From a virus (lineage: Duplodnaviria > Caudoviricetes), in IMG/VR virus record IMGVR_UViG_3300025096_003559, positions 1 to 52,432 of that record: 52,432 nucleotides of DNA; one strand, 5' to 3'. The notes under the pieces are model-generated. The model saw only the letters and a program-made list of their open reading frames with translations. It searched no databases and was not told where the DNA came from. Shown one piece after another: positions 28,778 to 36,964 of the stretch (position 1 is its first letter; the number at the start of each line of letters is the position of its first letter). The translations under genes and the position numbers were made by a program.

Positions 28778-29596
28778 TTAAAAGTTTTGTTTGTCCCAAT
28801 AAGGACTTTCGCGATCCAACTTAACGGGCAAATATTCACCAGAAAACCCAATCCAAGAATTAGTGGCACCATCAGTCAGTGCATCCGTGTGTTTTCCAGA
28901 GGCACCGTGAGAGGTCCACCAATCGGATTCGCGCATTACAAAATTGCCACCAAACTTCCTATCCCCACAAGCATGGATCCTTGAAACTTTTGAAAACATA
29001 GATAGCTGCCTGTGTTTTAGTCTATTTGTTCCTCCAAGGGGTCCACCAGCCCAGTCTGGTCTTGTCTGCTCTGTCCAGTCTCCCCAGTATTCCCAATGCC
29101 ATCTTTCATTAGGAATAGTTCTAATAAATCCAAATCGATAAGCATTTTTTACAAGCCATTCATAAACTTTACCTTGTTTGTTATAAATATTAAAATCTAC
29201 AGCAATTCCAGTTTGATGAGAAGCAAACCCAGGCTTAGAAACTAAAACTGAGTTTGTGCCTTGGCTGTGATTAAATAATGTTTGTTGTTCTTGCATTGTG
29301 CGAAAGCCGCTAGTGACGCGCAAGTCAATGCCTTCTTCGTTTGCTGCCTCTATCATGGCAATCAAATATACAGCGACTTCTTTTACAACGCTGTGTCCGT
29401 TAATTGTGACTAGGCTATATGCAGTACCAAGTCTACCACCCTTATAATATAAAACGAAGACTCCATCTGTGATTTTATAGTCGTCTAGACTCGCTATTGA
29501 TTCGCCGCCTGCCAGTGGTCCTTCGTTTTGTGCCATGCCAACACTAGAAACTTTTGGAGTTATAGAGGGTCTTTGTAATCTTGGTATTTGTGACAT
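28778..29596 (-). CDS. M15B (VanY-like) zinc peptidase, peptidoglycan hydrolase
   Basis: 272 aa; SGFRT..Q, PGFASHQTGIAVD (SxHxxGxAxD), ERWHWEY (ExxH). Confidence 0.85.
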   Translation of the reverse strand: MSQIPRLQRPSITPKVSSVGMAQNEGPLAGGESIASLDDYKITDGVFVLYYKGGRLGTAYSLVTINGHSVVKEVAVYLIAMIEAANEEGIDLRVTSGFRTMQEQQTLFNHSQGTNSVLVSKPGFASHQTGIAVDFNIYNKQGKVYEWLVKNAYRFGFIRTIPNERWHWEYWGDWTEQTRPDWAGGPLGGTNRLKHRQLSMFSKVSRIHACGDRKFGGNFVMRESDWWTSHGASGKHTDALTDGATNSWIGFSGEYLPVKLDRESPYWDKQNF

Positions 29597-29600
29597 GATA

Positions 29601-31025
29601 TTATACTAGCTTAACACCTAACTGTTCAAGAGATAACTCAGGAGCATTGAGCGCGTATCCCCTCTTCATTAGAGCATCGATTTTTTGTTTCACAGCGTCA
29701 GAGACTACATTACTAAACTGAACATGTATTGGATCCCAGCCAGATCCTTCGATATTCCAGGATCCCCAATCTCCTCCCCACCTAAGATTCGCAATCTGCG
29801 CTATTGAAGGAATCCCGGAATTAATCCACTCTTGCTTGGAGTTGCTCACGTTGAGTCTGGAGCCGTTTGCCACTATGGGCGAAAAATCCAATGCCATACC
29901 AATGCCGTGATAACTTACTTTATCAGGGTGCGAGGCTGGCAGGCACTTGTTTTCCTCGCCCGAAACCGGGTCTACGTAGTCGCAAGACTCTGGGTCGGTT
30001 TCAGGAAGAGCCAGTTTTCGCTGATACTCATCATATAGAACTTGTTGTTGTTGGTAAGTGCGGTATGTGCTAGTTATTTCCATTTCTATTTTTGAATTAT
30101 TCCATGCCTGCCAGAAAAACGCCTTTATATAGTCTATGAAGTCAGGATGAAGTTTCTCAATGCCAGGGGCTCCACTATAGGGTTGTAGATGATGAGTTTC
30201 CTTGCCGGGAACATAGTCGGGTATATCATTATCATAATATCCCGCTAAAGTTTGAATTAATTCCGGCGATGCCGCAGCTTGGGGCCCAAACAGAGGAAGT
30301 ACATCTCCTTCTGGAACCACAATAGAGGGCTCCTCAACGCCCGCTGCGACTGCGAAATAAGTGGCGGACTCACGCTCATTTACCGTACCACCAAGTTCCC
30401 CCATGATAATCCGGCAAAAAGTGGCATCATCACAAATAACTTCTTTTAAAGTACACCCAGCACTCGTTTCTCGATTTTCATAATCGACTATAACAAGCGA
30501 ACCAGGAGGGGGTAGCGATTTTTTATATATATTACAAGTTTGATATAGATCAATATTTTTTATTTTTGGACCGAAATCCGTCTTAATAACTTGTGGCCGC
30601 CCTGGCCAACCCATTCTTAAAGGTATCCATACCCACGCTTTAACATTGTTTAAAAAATTAACTTGTGACAAGGATTCTATATACGAATCTTCTTCTTCAT
30701 ATCCAAGCTCCTTGAGGGCATTCGTGAATTCTCCCGAGATACCATCAAGAGGCGCAGCCACTGAACCAGGAGGAACCCTTTGGTTGCCGGGGCTGGTGCC
30801 GCCTGTCGTTGTATTCTGTAGTCCTGTATCTTGGTAGTCCAGAATAAATGCTCGATATCCAACGCCATTGTGGGTGAATGCCTGTTTAACATGCTCTTGA
30901 ACAGTGTTTCTTTGTAATATTCCGTCGATAGAAAGGTCTGTTATATTATAGTTTGTATAATTGCCATAAGCTTGTGAAGTGTCATCATTTAATAAAAACT
31001 CTATAAGGCTCGCGTCGGTGGTCAC
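29601..31025 (-). CDS. M15C-like (L-Ala-D-Glu type) zinc peptidase with an N-terminal extension, possibly a gp5 OB-like domain
   Basis: 474 aa; STYRT..QQ..LY, SYHGIGMALDF, LRWGGDW, WDPIHVQ; N-terminal PPPGSLVIVDY. Confidence 0.78.
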   Translation of the reverse strand: MTTDASLIEFLLNDDTSQAYGNYTNYNITDLSIDGILQRNTVQEHVKQAFTHNGVGYRAFILDYQDTGLQNTTTGGTSPGNQRVPPGSVAAPLDGISGEFTNALKELGYEEEDSYIESLSQVNFLNNVKAWVWIPLRMGWPGRPQVIKTDFGPKIKNIDLYQTCNIYKKSLPPPGSLVIVDYENRETSAGCTLKEVICDDATFCRIIMGELGGTVNERESATYFAVAAGVEEPSIVVPEGDVLPLFGPQAAASPELIQTLAGYYDNDIPDYVPGKETHHLQPYSGAPGIEKLHPDFIDYIKAFFWQAWNNSKIEMEITSTYRTYQQQQVLYDEYQRKLALPETDPESCDYVDPVSGEENKCLPASHPDKVSYHGIGMALDFSPIVANGSRLNVSNSKQEWINSGIPSIAQIANLRWGGDWGSWNIEGSGWDPIHVQFSNVVSDAVKQKIDALMKRGYALNAPELSLEQLGVKLV

Positions 31026-31312
31026 TTGTATTTCTCCTCACTAAGCAGATCGAAGATTTCTGTTTTATCCAAATCGGATAAATCTGTAGTGCCACCTTGT
31101 TTCTTTTGCAACAATGTTACAACCTTAACAAGTTGTTCATTAGACCGCTGTAAGGTTTCAACGTACTTGGCAGCTACTTGACCGACTTCTCTATGTCGTG
31201 CTTCATCAGCACTTAAATACACAATTAGATCATTAAGTAGATCTTTCGTTATCTCGCGATCCTTGCGTATGTTGTCGATTGTTTCTTCAAGATAGTTGTC
31301 TATTTTTTTCAT
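31022..31312 (-). CDS. Small helical hypothetical protein (terminase small subunit-like is possible but unverified)
   Basis: 96 aa, coiled-coil-like; GGAG SD; stop overlaps the next start. Confidence 0.5.
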   Translation of the reverse strand: MKKIDNYLEETIDNIRKDREITKDLLNDLIVYLSADEARHREVGQVAAKYVETLQRSNEQLVKVVTLLQKKQGGTTDLSDLDKTEIFDLLSEEKYK

Positions 31313-31330
31313 AATATTCGCACTCCACAG

Positions 31331-31338
31331 TAATTAGA
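31331..31338 (-). promoter_or_regulatory. Candidate late-promoter motif TCTAATTA
   Basis: 18 nt upstream of the ATG at 31312, at the head of the structural block. Confidence 0.5.
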
Positions 31339-31349
31339 AGCCCCAAGTA

Positions 31350-32036
31350 TTATATTTTTCCGTTTACCCAGTTTTTCTTAAATATGCGATATCTAATTCG
31401 TAATTTATTTAAGTTATTGACAACCTGTTTCGTATTTAGCCCAGTCAATTCTCTAAGATAGAGATATATAGCCTTTTTGTTATATATCATTTCATCTTCG
31501 TCAATAGAGTTCAAAAGTATTTTTACAGCCTCTAAAACCTTTTGTTCATTTTCTTTTAAATTGCCAGTATCCCAATTATCAATTTCAACCCAGAGTGACA
31601 TCCAAAATTCTTTTTCCTCTCTTTGCCTGTGATATTGGTTAGTAGTTACAAGACGCTCGCTCTCTATATCCTTTGGTAGTTCGTCATACAACACTTCCGT
31701 TCTAGCCCTTTTTGCGTTTTTTTTAACCTTGTGAATAAACCAATTTTTTGTAATTACACTAAAATATGAAAAAGCTTTGGAGCCCTTATTTGGATCATAC
31801 TTGTCTAATATGGTTGTCAGCCAAACTTTGCATTCGTCTTTTAACGAATCAATATTGGGCAAGTTTGTAAATTTGTATGTGTAGACAATCTTATCAACCA
31901 TCTCATTAAATGCGGGTCCAATATATTCAATATATAATTGGGTTCTTAATCTTTGATCATCTGTGGCTACATATTGAATTATAGCATTTTCATGATCTTT
32001 GGTAAAATAATGTTTACCCGATCTCTTTCTCGGCAT
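31350..32036 (-). CDS. Phage RNA polymerase sigma-like factor (T4 gp55-like / sigma70 region 2)
   Basis: 228 aa; N-terminal KHYFT; LDKYDPNKGSKAFSYFSVITKNWF matches the sigma region 2 FDP.K...F.YF pattern; possible C-terminal HTH (LRELTGLNTKQVVNNL). Confidence 0.7.
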   Translation of the reverse strand: MPRKRSGKHYFTKDHENAIIQYVATDDQRLRTQLYIEYIGPAFNEMVDKIVYTYKFTNLPNIDSLKDECKVWLTTILDKYDPNKGSKAFSYFSVITKNWFIHKVKKNAKRARTEVLYDELPKDIESERLVTTNQYHRQREEKEFWMSLWVEIDNWDTGNLKENEQKVLEAVKILLNSIDEDEMIYNKKAIYLYLRELTGLNTKQVVNNLNKLRIRYRIFKKNWVNGKI

Positions 32037-32379
32037 CTGCTTCCTCTTGTGTTTCTTCTACTGTATCTTCTTGCATACTTATTGTGCCTTCCGACAGGTC
32101 TTCTAATATTTCATTAAAAGTTTCATATTGTTCGACAATAAGTTTCGAATGTTTTATTAAATTCATGAGCGTGGGATCGCCATAATACATCTCCATGGCG
32201 TGCACGGACTCTATATGGTCTATAAAAGAACTATTGATATCCTGTAATGCGCTTATATTATCATACACATAAGACAGCTTTTGTAACACCTTGACTGCAT
32301 ACCACACCAACAAACCATTGAGCGCTAGCGAAATAAACAATGATATGATAGCTATCAACTCTATTTTTTCGGATTCCAA
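32014..32379 (-). CDS. Hypothetical protein with N-terminal transmembrane helix
   Basis: 121 aa; hydrophobic LIAIISLFISLALNGLLVWYAV; acidic tail. Confidence 0.6.
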   Translation of the reverse strand: MESEKIELIAIISLFISLALNGLLVWYAVKVLQKLSYVYDNISALQDINSSFIDHIESVHAMEMYYGDPTLMNLIKHSKLIVEQYETFNEILEDLSEGTISMQEDTVEETQEEADAEKEIG

Positions 32380-32636
32380 TTCAATACCTCTTCTTTATAA
32401 GAACTCACTTCTTTTTTAGTATTCTTAATAAATTCATCAACAACTTGTCCTACGCGAGTCTTTTTTTCTTGTTTGTTCATGAAATTAATATTCTGCGGAA
32501 TGCGAACAACCTTAGTCTGAGGATCACACTCGCAGTGTTCGTCTAATTGTGAACAAGTCTCAATCACCTCTTTAAACGAATGAGCAACTTCAAATAGCGC
32601 TTCGCAGTCCAAACATTGATAAACATATTTTGGCAT
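32361..32636 (-). CDS. FmdB-family zinc-ribbon protein
   Basis: 91 aa; MPKYVYQCLDCEALFEV...C...CEC. Confidence 0.75.
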   Translation of the reverse strand: MPKYVYQCLDCEALFEVAHSFKEVIETCSQLDEHCECDPQTKVVRIPQNINFMNKQEKKTRVGQVVDEFIKNTKKEVSSYKEEVLNWNPKK

Positions 32637-32647
32637 TATATATTAGT

Positions 32648-32902
32648 TTATTGCCAAGGTGCTTTATCGTCAATTGCGTCAATCCAGGCATCGAATACGT
32701 CGCTTTCAGATGTTTCATCATCAATATTTGCATTATGTATCACCGGAGGATTTCCTACTACCAGCCCATTTGGACTATCCGCAAGCTCCCATGCCTCTAA
32801 AACTGGCACAATATCACTTTGCTCTAAGAGGGATCTCTGTAGAGCCATCATCAAAGCTCCTATGGCTTGATTTGAAAGTTTAAATTTTTTAGTGTCAGAC
32901 AT
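32648..32902 (-). CDS. Hypothetical protein
   Basis: 84 aa; AAGGAG SD; start overlaps the upstream stop. Confidence 0.6.
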   Translation of the reverse strand: MSDTKKFKLSNQAIGALMMALQRSLLEQSDIVPVLEAWELADSPNGLVVGNPPVIHNANIDDETSESDVFDAWIDAIDDKAPWQ

Positions 32903-33297
32903 TATATCTCCTTTTGTTTTATTATATCTGTGGTTGAATAGCTTCCTATTCTATCAAAAAACAATAATTTTCCAGCATATTGTTGACCAACAACTGTTTT
33001 GTTTTTCCAGTCGGAGCCTATTACCATTATATCTGGTTTTGTCTCTTTAATCAAATTTTCTAATTCTTTTGTTGACTCAAACACCAACACTTCATCAATA
33101 GCGGATATTGATTCAAGGACATATTTTCTATCTTCAACACAATTTATAGGTCTGCCCTTTCCCTTATCCTGCTTAACTTTTTCATCAGAGTCAATACCTA
33201 TAATTAGTTTATTGCCCAAAGATTTAGCATATTTAAATAGCTCTATGTGCCCTCTATGCAAAACATCAAAACATCCATTGGTCCAAACGATTTTCAT
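32902..33297 (-). CDS. rfaE2: ADP-heptose synthase nucleotidyltransferase domain (HldE domain II / RfaE2-like)
   Basis: NGCFDVLHRGH (HxGH), KGKGRPIN, GSDW, YSTT. Start reassigned to the ATG at 33297 (MKIVWT), giving an ATGA overlap with the kinase stop. Confidence 0.8.
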   Translation of the reverse strand: MKIVWTNGCFDVLHRGHIELFKYAKSLGNKLIIGIDSDEKVKQDKGKGRPINCVEDRKYVLESISAIDEVLVFESTKELENLIKETKPDIMVIGSDWKNKTVVGQQYAGKLLFFDRIGSYSTTDIIKQKEI

Positions 33298-34040
33298 ATA
33301 ATGCTTACACCTCTTTTTTGCACAACCTTTGTGGCGCATTCGTTGGCAAAAATGATCGCTTTTTCTATAGAAGCGGATCTAGAATATTCAACTGCCAATG
33401 CTGCTAAAAAAGTATCTCCAGCGCCTGAGACATCTTTTACTTCAGTTTTTGGCACTGGATATACTACGCCCCTGTATCGGCACCCCTTGTGTCCGAGAGT
33501 CACGATTATTTTATCTTCTAGTTCGGCATTTATGTTTTGTTTAGAAGCTTGATATTCATGAATGTTTATTTTTATAGTAAAAATATCGTTGCAAAAGTCT
33601 CCTATTATCTTTTTGGTATCCAGAAAAACCAATGGATGTTGCTGTGAGATATATTTAATATTCTCTTCGGACAAAACTCCTTTATTATAATCAGATATGA
33701 CAACACAGTCATATGAATTATAATCAATATTTTTTAAAGTGTTTTTAGTAATTTTTCTATATTTGTCTTCATTGCAATCAAGTCTCATAAACATATGGTT
33801 CGTCCTTAAATCAATTAATCTTGTTTTTGTTATTGATTCCCAGCCCCTATTTGTACAGATATCTACATTACAGCCCAATGACGCAATATTGTTTTTAACA
33901 TTAGCCGCCATTCCCCCATTTTCAGTTGAACTAATTAAATTGAAAATCGGTACTGGAGCTTCGGGGCTCAAACGATTACATGTGCCATATTTAAACACAT
34001 CTTTACAAGAATCTCCAATTACAAGTATCCTGTTTGACAC
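33294..34040 (-). CDS. rfaE1: Heptose-7-phosphate kinase-like PfkB protein (HldE domain I / RfaE1-like)
   Basis: 248 aa; ILVIGD, RLSPEAPVP, GGMAANV, ISDYNKG, DVSGAGDT. Confidence 0.82.
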   Translation of the reverse strand: MSNRILVIGDSCKDVFKYGTCNRLSPEAPVPIFNLISSTENGGMAANVKNNIASLGCNVDICTNRGWESITKTRLIDLRTNHMFMRLDCNEDKYRKITKNTLKNIDYNSYDCVVISDYNKGVLSEENIKYISQQHPLVFLDTKKIIGDFCNDIFTIKINIHEYQASKQNINAELEDKIIVTLGHKGCRYRGVVYPVPKTEVKDVSGAGDTFLAALAVEYSRSASIEKAIIFANECATKVVQKRGVSII

Positions 34041-34043
34041 ACA

Positions 34044-35084
34044 TTACCTCTTTAAAAACTTTTTGCCGTTTCTAACTTGCTCTCTCCAATACTCAAGAAG
34101 ATCTTTCATAGTTGTTTCAAATGGGACTTCTGGCTTCCATCCCGTATGTTTTTCAAATTTTGATGTATCTGGTACTTGAAGATCCGCATCAATGGGTCTA
34201 AGTCGCTCAGGATCTGTGTGGATCTCTATGTTGTTAACAGTAGAAAGGCTTATAAGATATTTTAACATATCTCCGACTGTACAGGAAAAAGCACCCCCAA
34301 TATTATAATACTCACCAGCAATAGGGTTTTTTGTAACAAGCATATAATATGCTCTGACCGCATCTCTAACATCAGACCACGTTCTTAAAGAGTCTAGATT
34401 CCCAACCTCTACCACTGGTGGTAACATTTTTGCCTCAATCATGGCAATTTGTTTTGCAAAGGTAGATTCGGCAAAAACATCTCCCCTACGAGGTCCAGTA
34501 TGAGTAAACATTCTAGTTGTCATAACCGTCATTCCATACGCCTCTGCATAGAACCTTCCAATTAAATCGGTGCCCACTTTCGATATAGCATATGGAGAAG
34601 CTGGGTGGAAGCCCACCTCTTCATGAATTGGTAAATATTCTTTTGGCACTCTTCCAAAAACTTCCGACGAAGCACAAACATGAATTATAGGATCTAAATT
34701 TAATTTTTTAATGGCATCTAAAACCTTTGCTGTTCCTATAATATTGGTTTCTAATGTTTCTAAAGGTGAATCAAAGCTGGTTTTTGGATAGCTTTGAGCC
34801 GCCAAATGAAATACATAATCTGGTCTTGTTTTTTCAAATATGGATAATAGAGAACTTAAATCATTAATATCTCCATACACCAGTTCAATATTGTTTTTAT
34901 TATTAATCTGGTGCATCAAGTGTTCAATGTTATCCATACGATCATTCCATCGTACTAGCCCGTATATCTTCCAGTCAGTGTTATCAAGCAAATAATCTGC
35001 TAAATGAGAACCAACCATTCCTGTAATTCCAGTTATAAGAGCTTTTTTTTGGTTATCAGATTGCATTTTGGCACTGTTGTTCAT
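34044..35084 (-). CDS. gmd: GDP-mannose 4,6-dehydratase-family extended SDR
   Basis: 346 aa; ALITGITGMVGSHL, HLAAQS, ASSEVFG, PASPYAISK, GNLDSLR. Confidence 0.75.
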   Translation of the reverse strand: MNNSAKMQSDNQKKALITGITGMVGSHLADYLLDNTDWKIYGLVRWNDRMDNIEHLMHQINNKNNIELVYGDINDLSSLLSIFEKTRPDYVFHLAAQSYPKTSFDSPLETLETNIIGTAKVLDAIKKLNLDPIIHVCASSEVFGRVPKEYLPIHEEVGFHPASPYAISKVGTDLIGRFYAEAYGMTVMTTRMFTHTGPRRGDVFAESTFAKQIAMIEAKMLPPVVEVGNLDSLRTWSDVRDAVRAYYMLVTKNPIAGEYYNIGGAFSCTVGDMLKYLISLSTVNNIEIHTDPERLRPIDADLQVPDTSKFEKHTGWKPEVPFETTMKDLLEYWREQVRNGKKFLKR

Positions 35085-36954
35085 CTATATTATATGTTTC
35101 AACCAAATTAAATAAATTTAAAGCAGAAAATTGTTTTTTCCAATAATCGGACTCAGCTAAAAACTTCATAGCTTTGGATCTTCTAACAATCGCATCTTTT
35201 TCGTTACCTAATTTTTCTTCCACTATGCCAAGAAATAAGTTGGCAATTGGATTGTTATAAGTCATTCGATCACATATGTCTATTAATATTGCTCTTTTTT
35301 TATTTAATTTTGCCTCTTCGTTCATCTGTAATATTGGTTCATAATTAATCCAATAATCTACAAGTAACCAAATATCATGCAACTCTTCTCTTGTTGGAAC
35401 TTTGTTTAGTTCGTATACATCGAATGGGTTAACAAAATTATTAGCCTGCTTTTTCTGAGCCTTTTCTTTAATTCTTTGATTATTTGTATGTCTGACAACA
35501 AAAAGCTTGGAGCTATCCTTATCTTTATCTTTATTCCTTTTTATTGTTGAGTCTTCGATGATGCCTAGTTGTACCATCTGATCATAAATTTCTGTTGATG
35601 GTAATGGTGAAAGTAATTGTACGCCATACCAGTCTAAGCCGACTCTTTGTGACATTTTAACAGTTTCCAAAATTTGTCCCAATGTTTCATTGGGAAATCC
35701 TATTATTAAAAATCCTCTTGTAAATATTTGAGGATATTTATCCATCAGTTCCCCAACTTTGTAATAATGTCTCACTCTTGACGGCTTGTGCACTGTTTTT
35801 AATATATCATCATTGCCAGTTTCTAAGCCAAATGTAAGCCCGATACATCCAGATCTCGAAGCGGCTTCAATTAGTTCTGGATTCTTTGCGGCGGCTGATG
35901 TTATTATTCCATTCGAGGCACACCAAGTTAAGTCTAAATTTTTATCTGCCAACGTATTAAACAAGTCTAATGTTCTATTCGTTTTCCACAATAAATCGTC
36001 ATCAATCCAAGTGACGTGACCAATGTCATATTTTTGATTTAAATCAATGATTTCGTCAACAACTGTATTGACTTCTCTTGAGCGAACACTTTGTCCATTA
36101 AAGTTTCTCACACTACAAAACGAACATCTTGCTCGACATCCTCTATTCGATAATACAGAAGCTGAACGGGTGTCTTTTTGAAGCCATGATCTATAAGAAC
36201 CCACCTCGCCCAACTGACTATAATTGCCAATTTCTAATTCATCATAATCAGGTTTGGCATTAATTTGATAAGAGTTTGGGGGTGCCCTTTTAGATATAGA
36301 ATAATATTTCATATCTTTTAAAATAGCAATCTGACTAAGGGAATTAGCGCTTGACTTTCCGTTAACAACATCAATAAAGTCACAGAAACTTTCGTCTCCC
36401 TCATATAAACCAACAAAATCAATATTTGGTGCCTCTCGTAAAAAATATTCAGGCGCATTTGTAATATGAACGCCGCCCGCAATAATTGGGAGCTTTGGAC
36501 ACTCCTCTTTTATGTAATCTGATGTTCTAATAATCATTTCATGACCCATCGTGAACATACACGTAAGACCTATCAAATCTGGCTGGAAGGTTTCTATTTT
36601 TTGTTTTAGTGTAGAACGCCAAAGAGACGCTGCGATCTCTCCGCATGCCTCATCATCAATGTTTATAGTATCATTGCTCAATTTGTTTAAAATTTCATAA
36701 TTTAGATCCAAAATGTTTACGTTATAACCTCTATTTTTCAGATTAGTACATAATACAGCTAGCCCATAAGGTTGCCATGTATAATATCTTTTATTTTTAA
36801 TTTGCCTTATTTCAAGATGTTCCGTATTTAATGGCAGCGGCTGCACTAAAAGAATATTCTTGCAGCTATTTCTATCAAACAATCTATCAATTTCAGATAT
36901 AAAAATATCCTTTGTTTCATTGCTATGTTCTACATCTTGCGTAATTGTGGTCAT
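35056..36954 (-). CDS. B12-binding radical SAM protein
   Basis: 632 aa; PYGLAVL, IIAGGVH, GDES, SNRGCRARCSFC (CxxxCxxC), FGLETG, FLIIGFPNET. Confidence 0.85.
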   Translation of the reverse strand: MTTITQDVEHSNETKDIFISEIDRLFDRNSCKNILLVQPLPLNTEHLEIRQIKNKRYYTWQPYGLAVLCTNLKNRGYNVNILDLNYEILNKLSNDTINIDDEACGEIAASLWRSTLKQKIETFQPDLIGLTCMFTMGHEMIIRTSDYIKEECPKLPIIAGGVHITNAPEYFLREAPNIDFVGLYEGDESFCDFIDVVNGKSSANSLSQIAILKDMKYYSISKRAPPNSYQINAKPDYDELEIGNYSQLGEVGSYRSWLQKDTRSASVLSNRGCRARCSFCSVRNFNGQSVRSREVNTVVDEIIDLNQKYDIGHVTWIDDDLLWKTNRTLDLFNTLADKNLDLTWCASNGIITSAAAKNPELIEAASRSGCIGLTFGLETGNDDILKTVHKPSRVRHYYKVGELMDKYPQIFTRGFLIIGFPNETLGQILETVKMSQRVGLDWYGVQLLSPLPSTEIYDQMVQLGIIEDSTIKRNKDKDKDSSKLFVVRHTNNQRIKEKAQKKQANNFVNPFDVYELNKVPTREELHDIWLLVDYWINYEPILQMNEEAKLNKKRAILIDICDRMTYNNPIANLFLGIVEEKLGNEKDAIVRRSKAMKFLAESDYWKKQFSALNLFNLVETYNIDEQQCQNAI

Positions 36955-36964
36955 AGTTTATTCG

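Noticed and set aside
20495-31025. Bacterial eCIS/T6SS/tailocin locus rather than a phage
   Set aside because: The T4 gp6-style wedge, gp55-like sigma, late-promoter-like motif, giant orphans and lack of bacterial housekeeping genes favour a jumbo phage. Capsid and terminase genes are not identifiable in the window, so this is not formally excluded.
32640-32647. ACTAATAT upstream of the FmdB gene as another late-promoter copy
   Set aside because: It deviates at the conserved TTA end and lies in a very short AT-rich gap.
33298-33339. Extended N-terminus (MRHKGCAKK...) of the nucleotidyltransferase in the ORF track
   Set aside because: It overlaps the kinase gene; the ATG at 33297 gives a typical N-terminus and an ATGA coupling.
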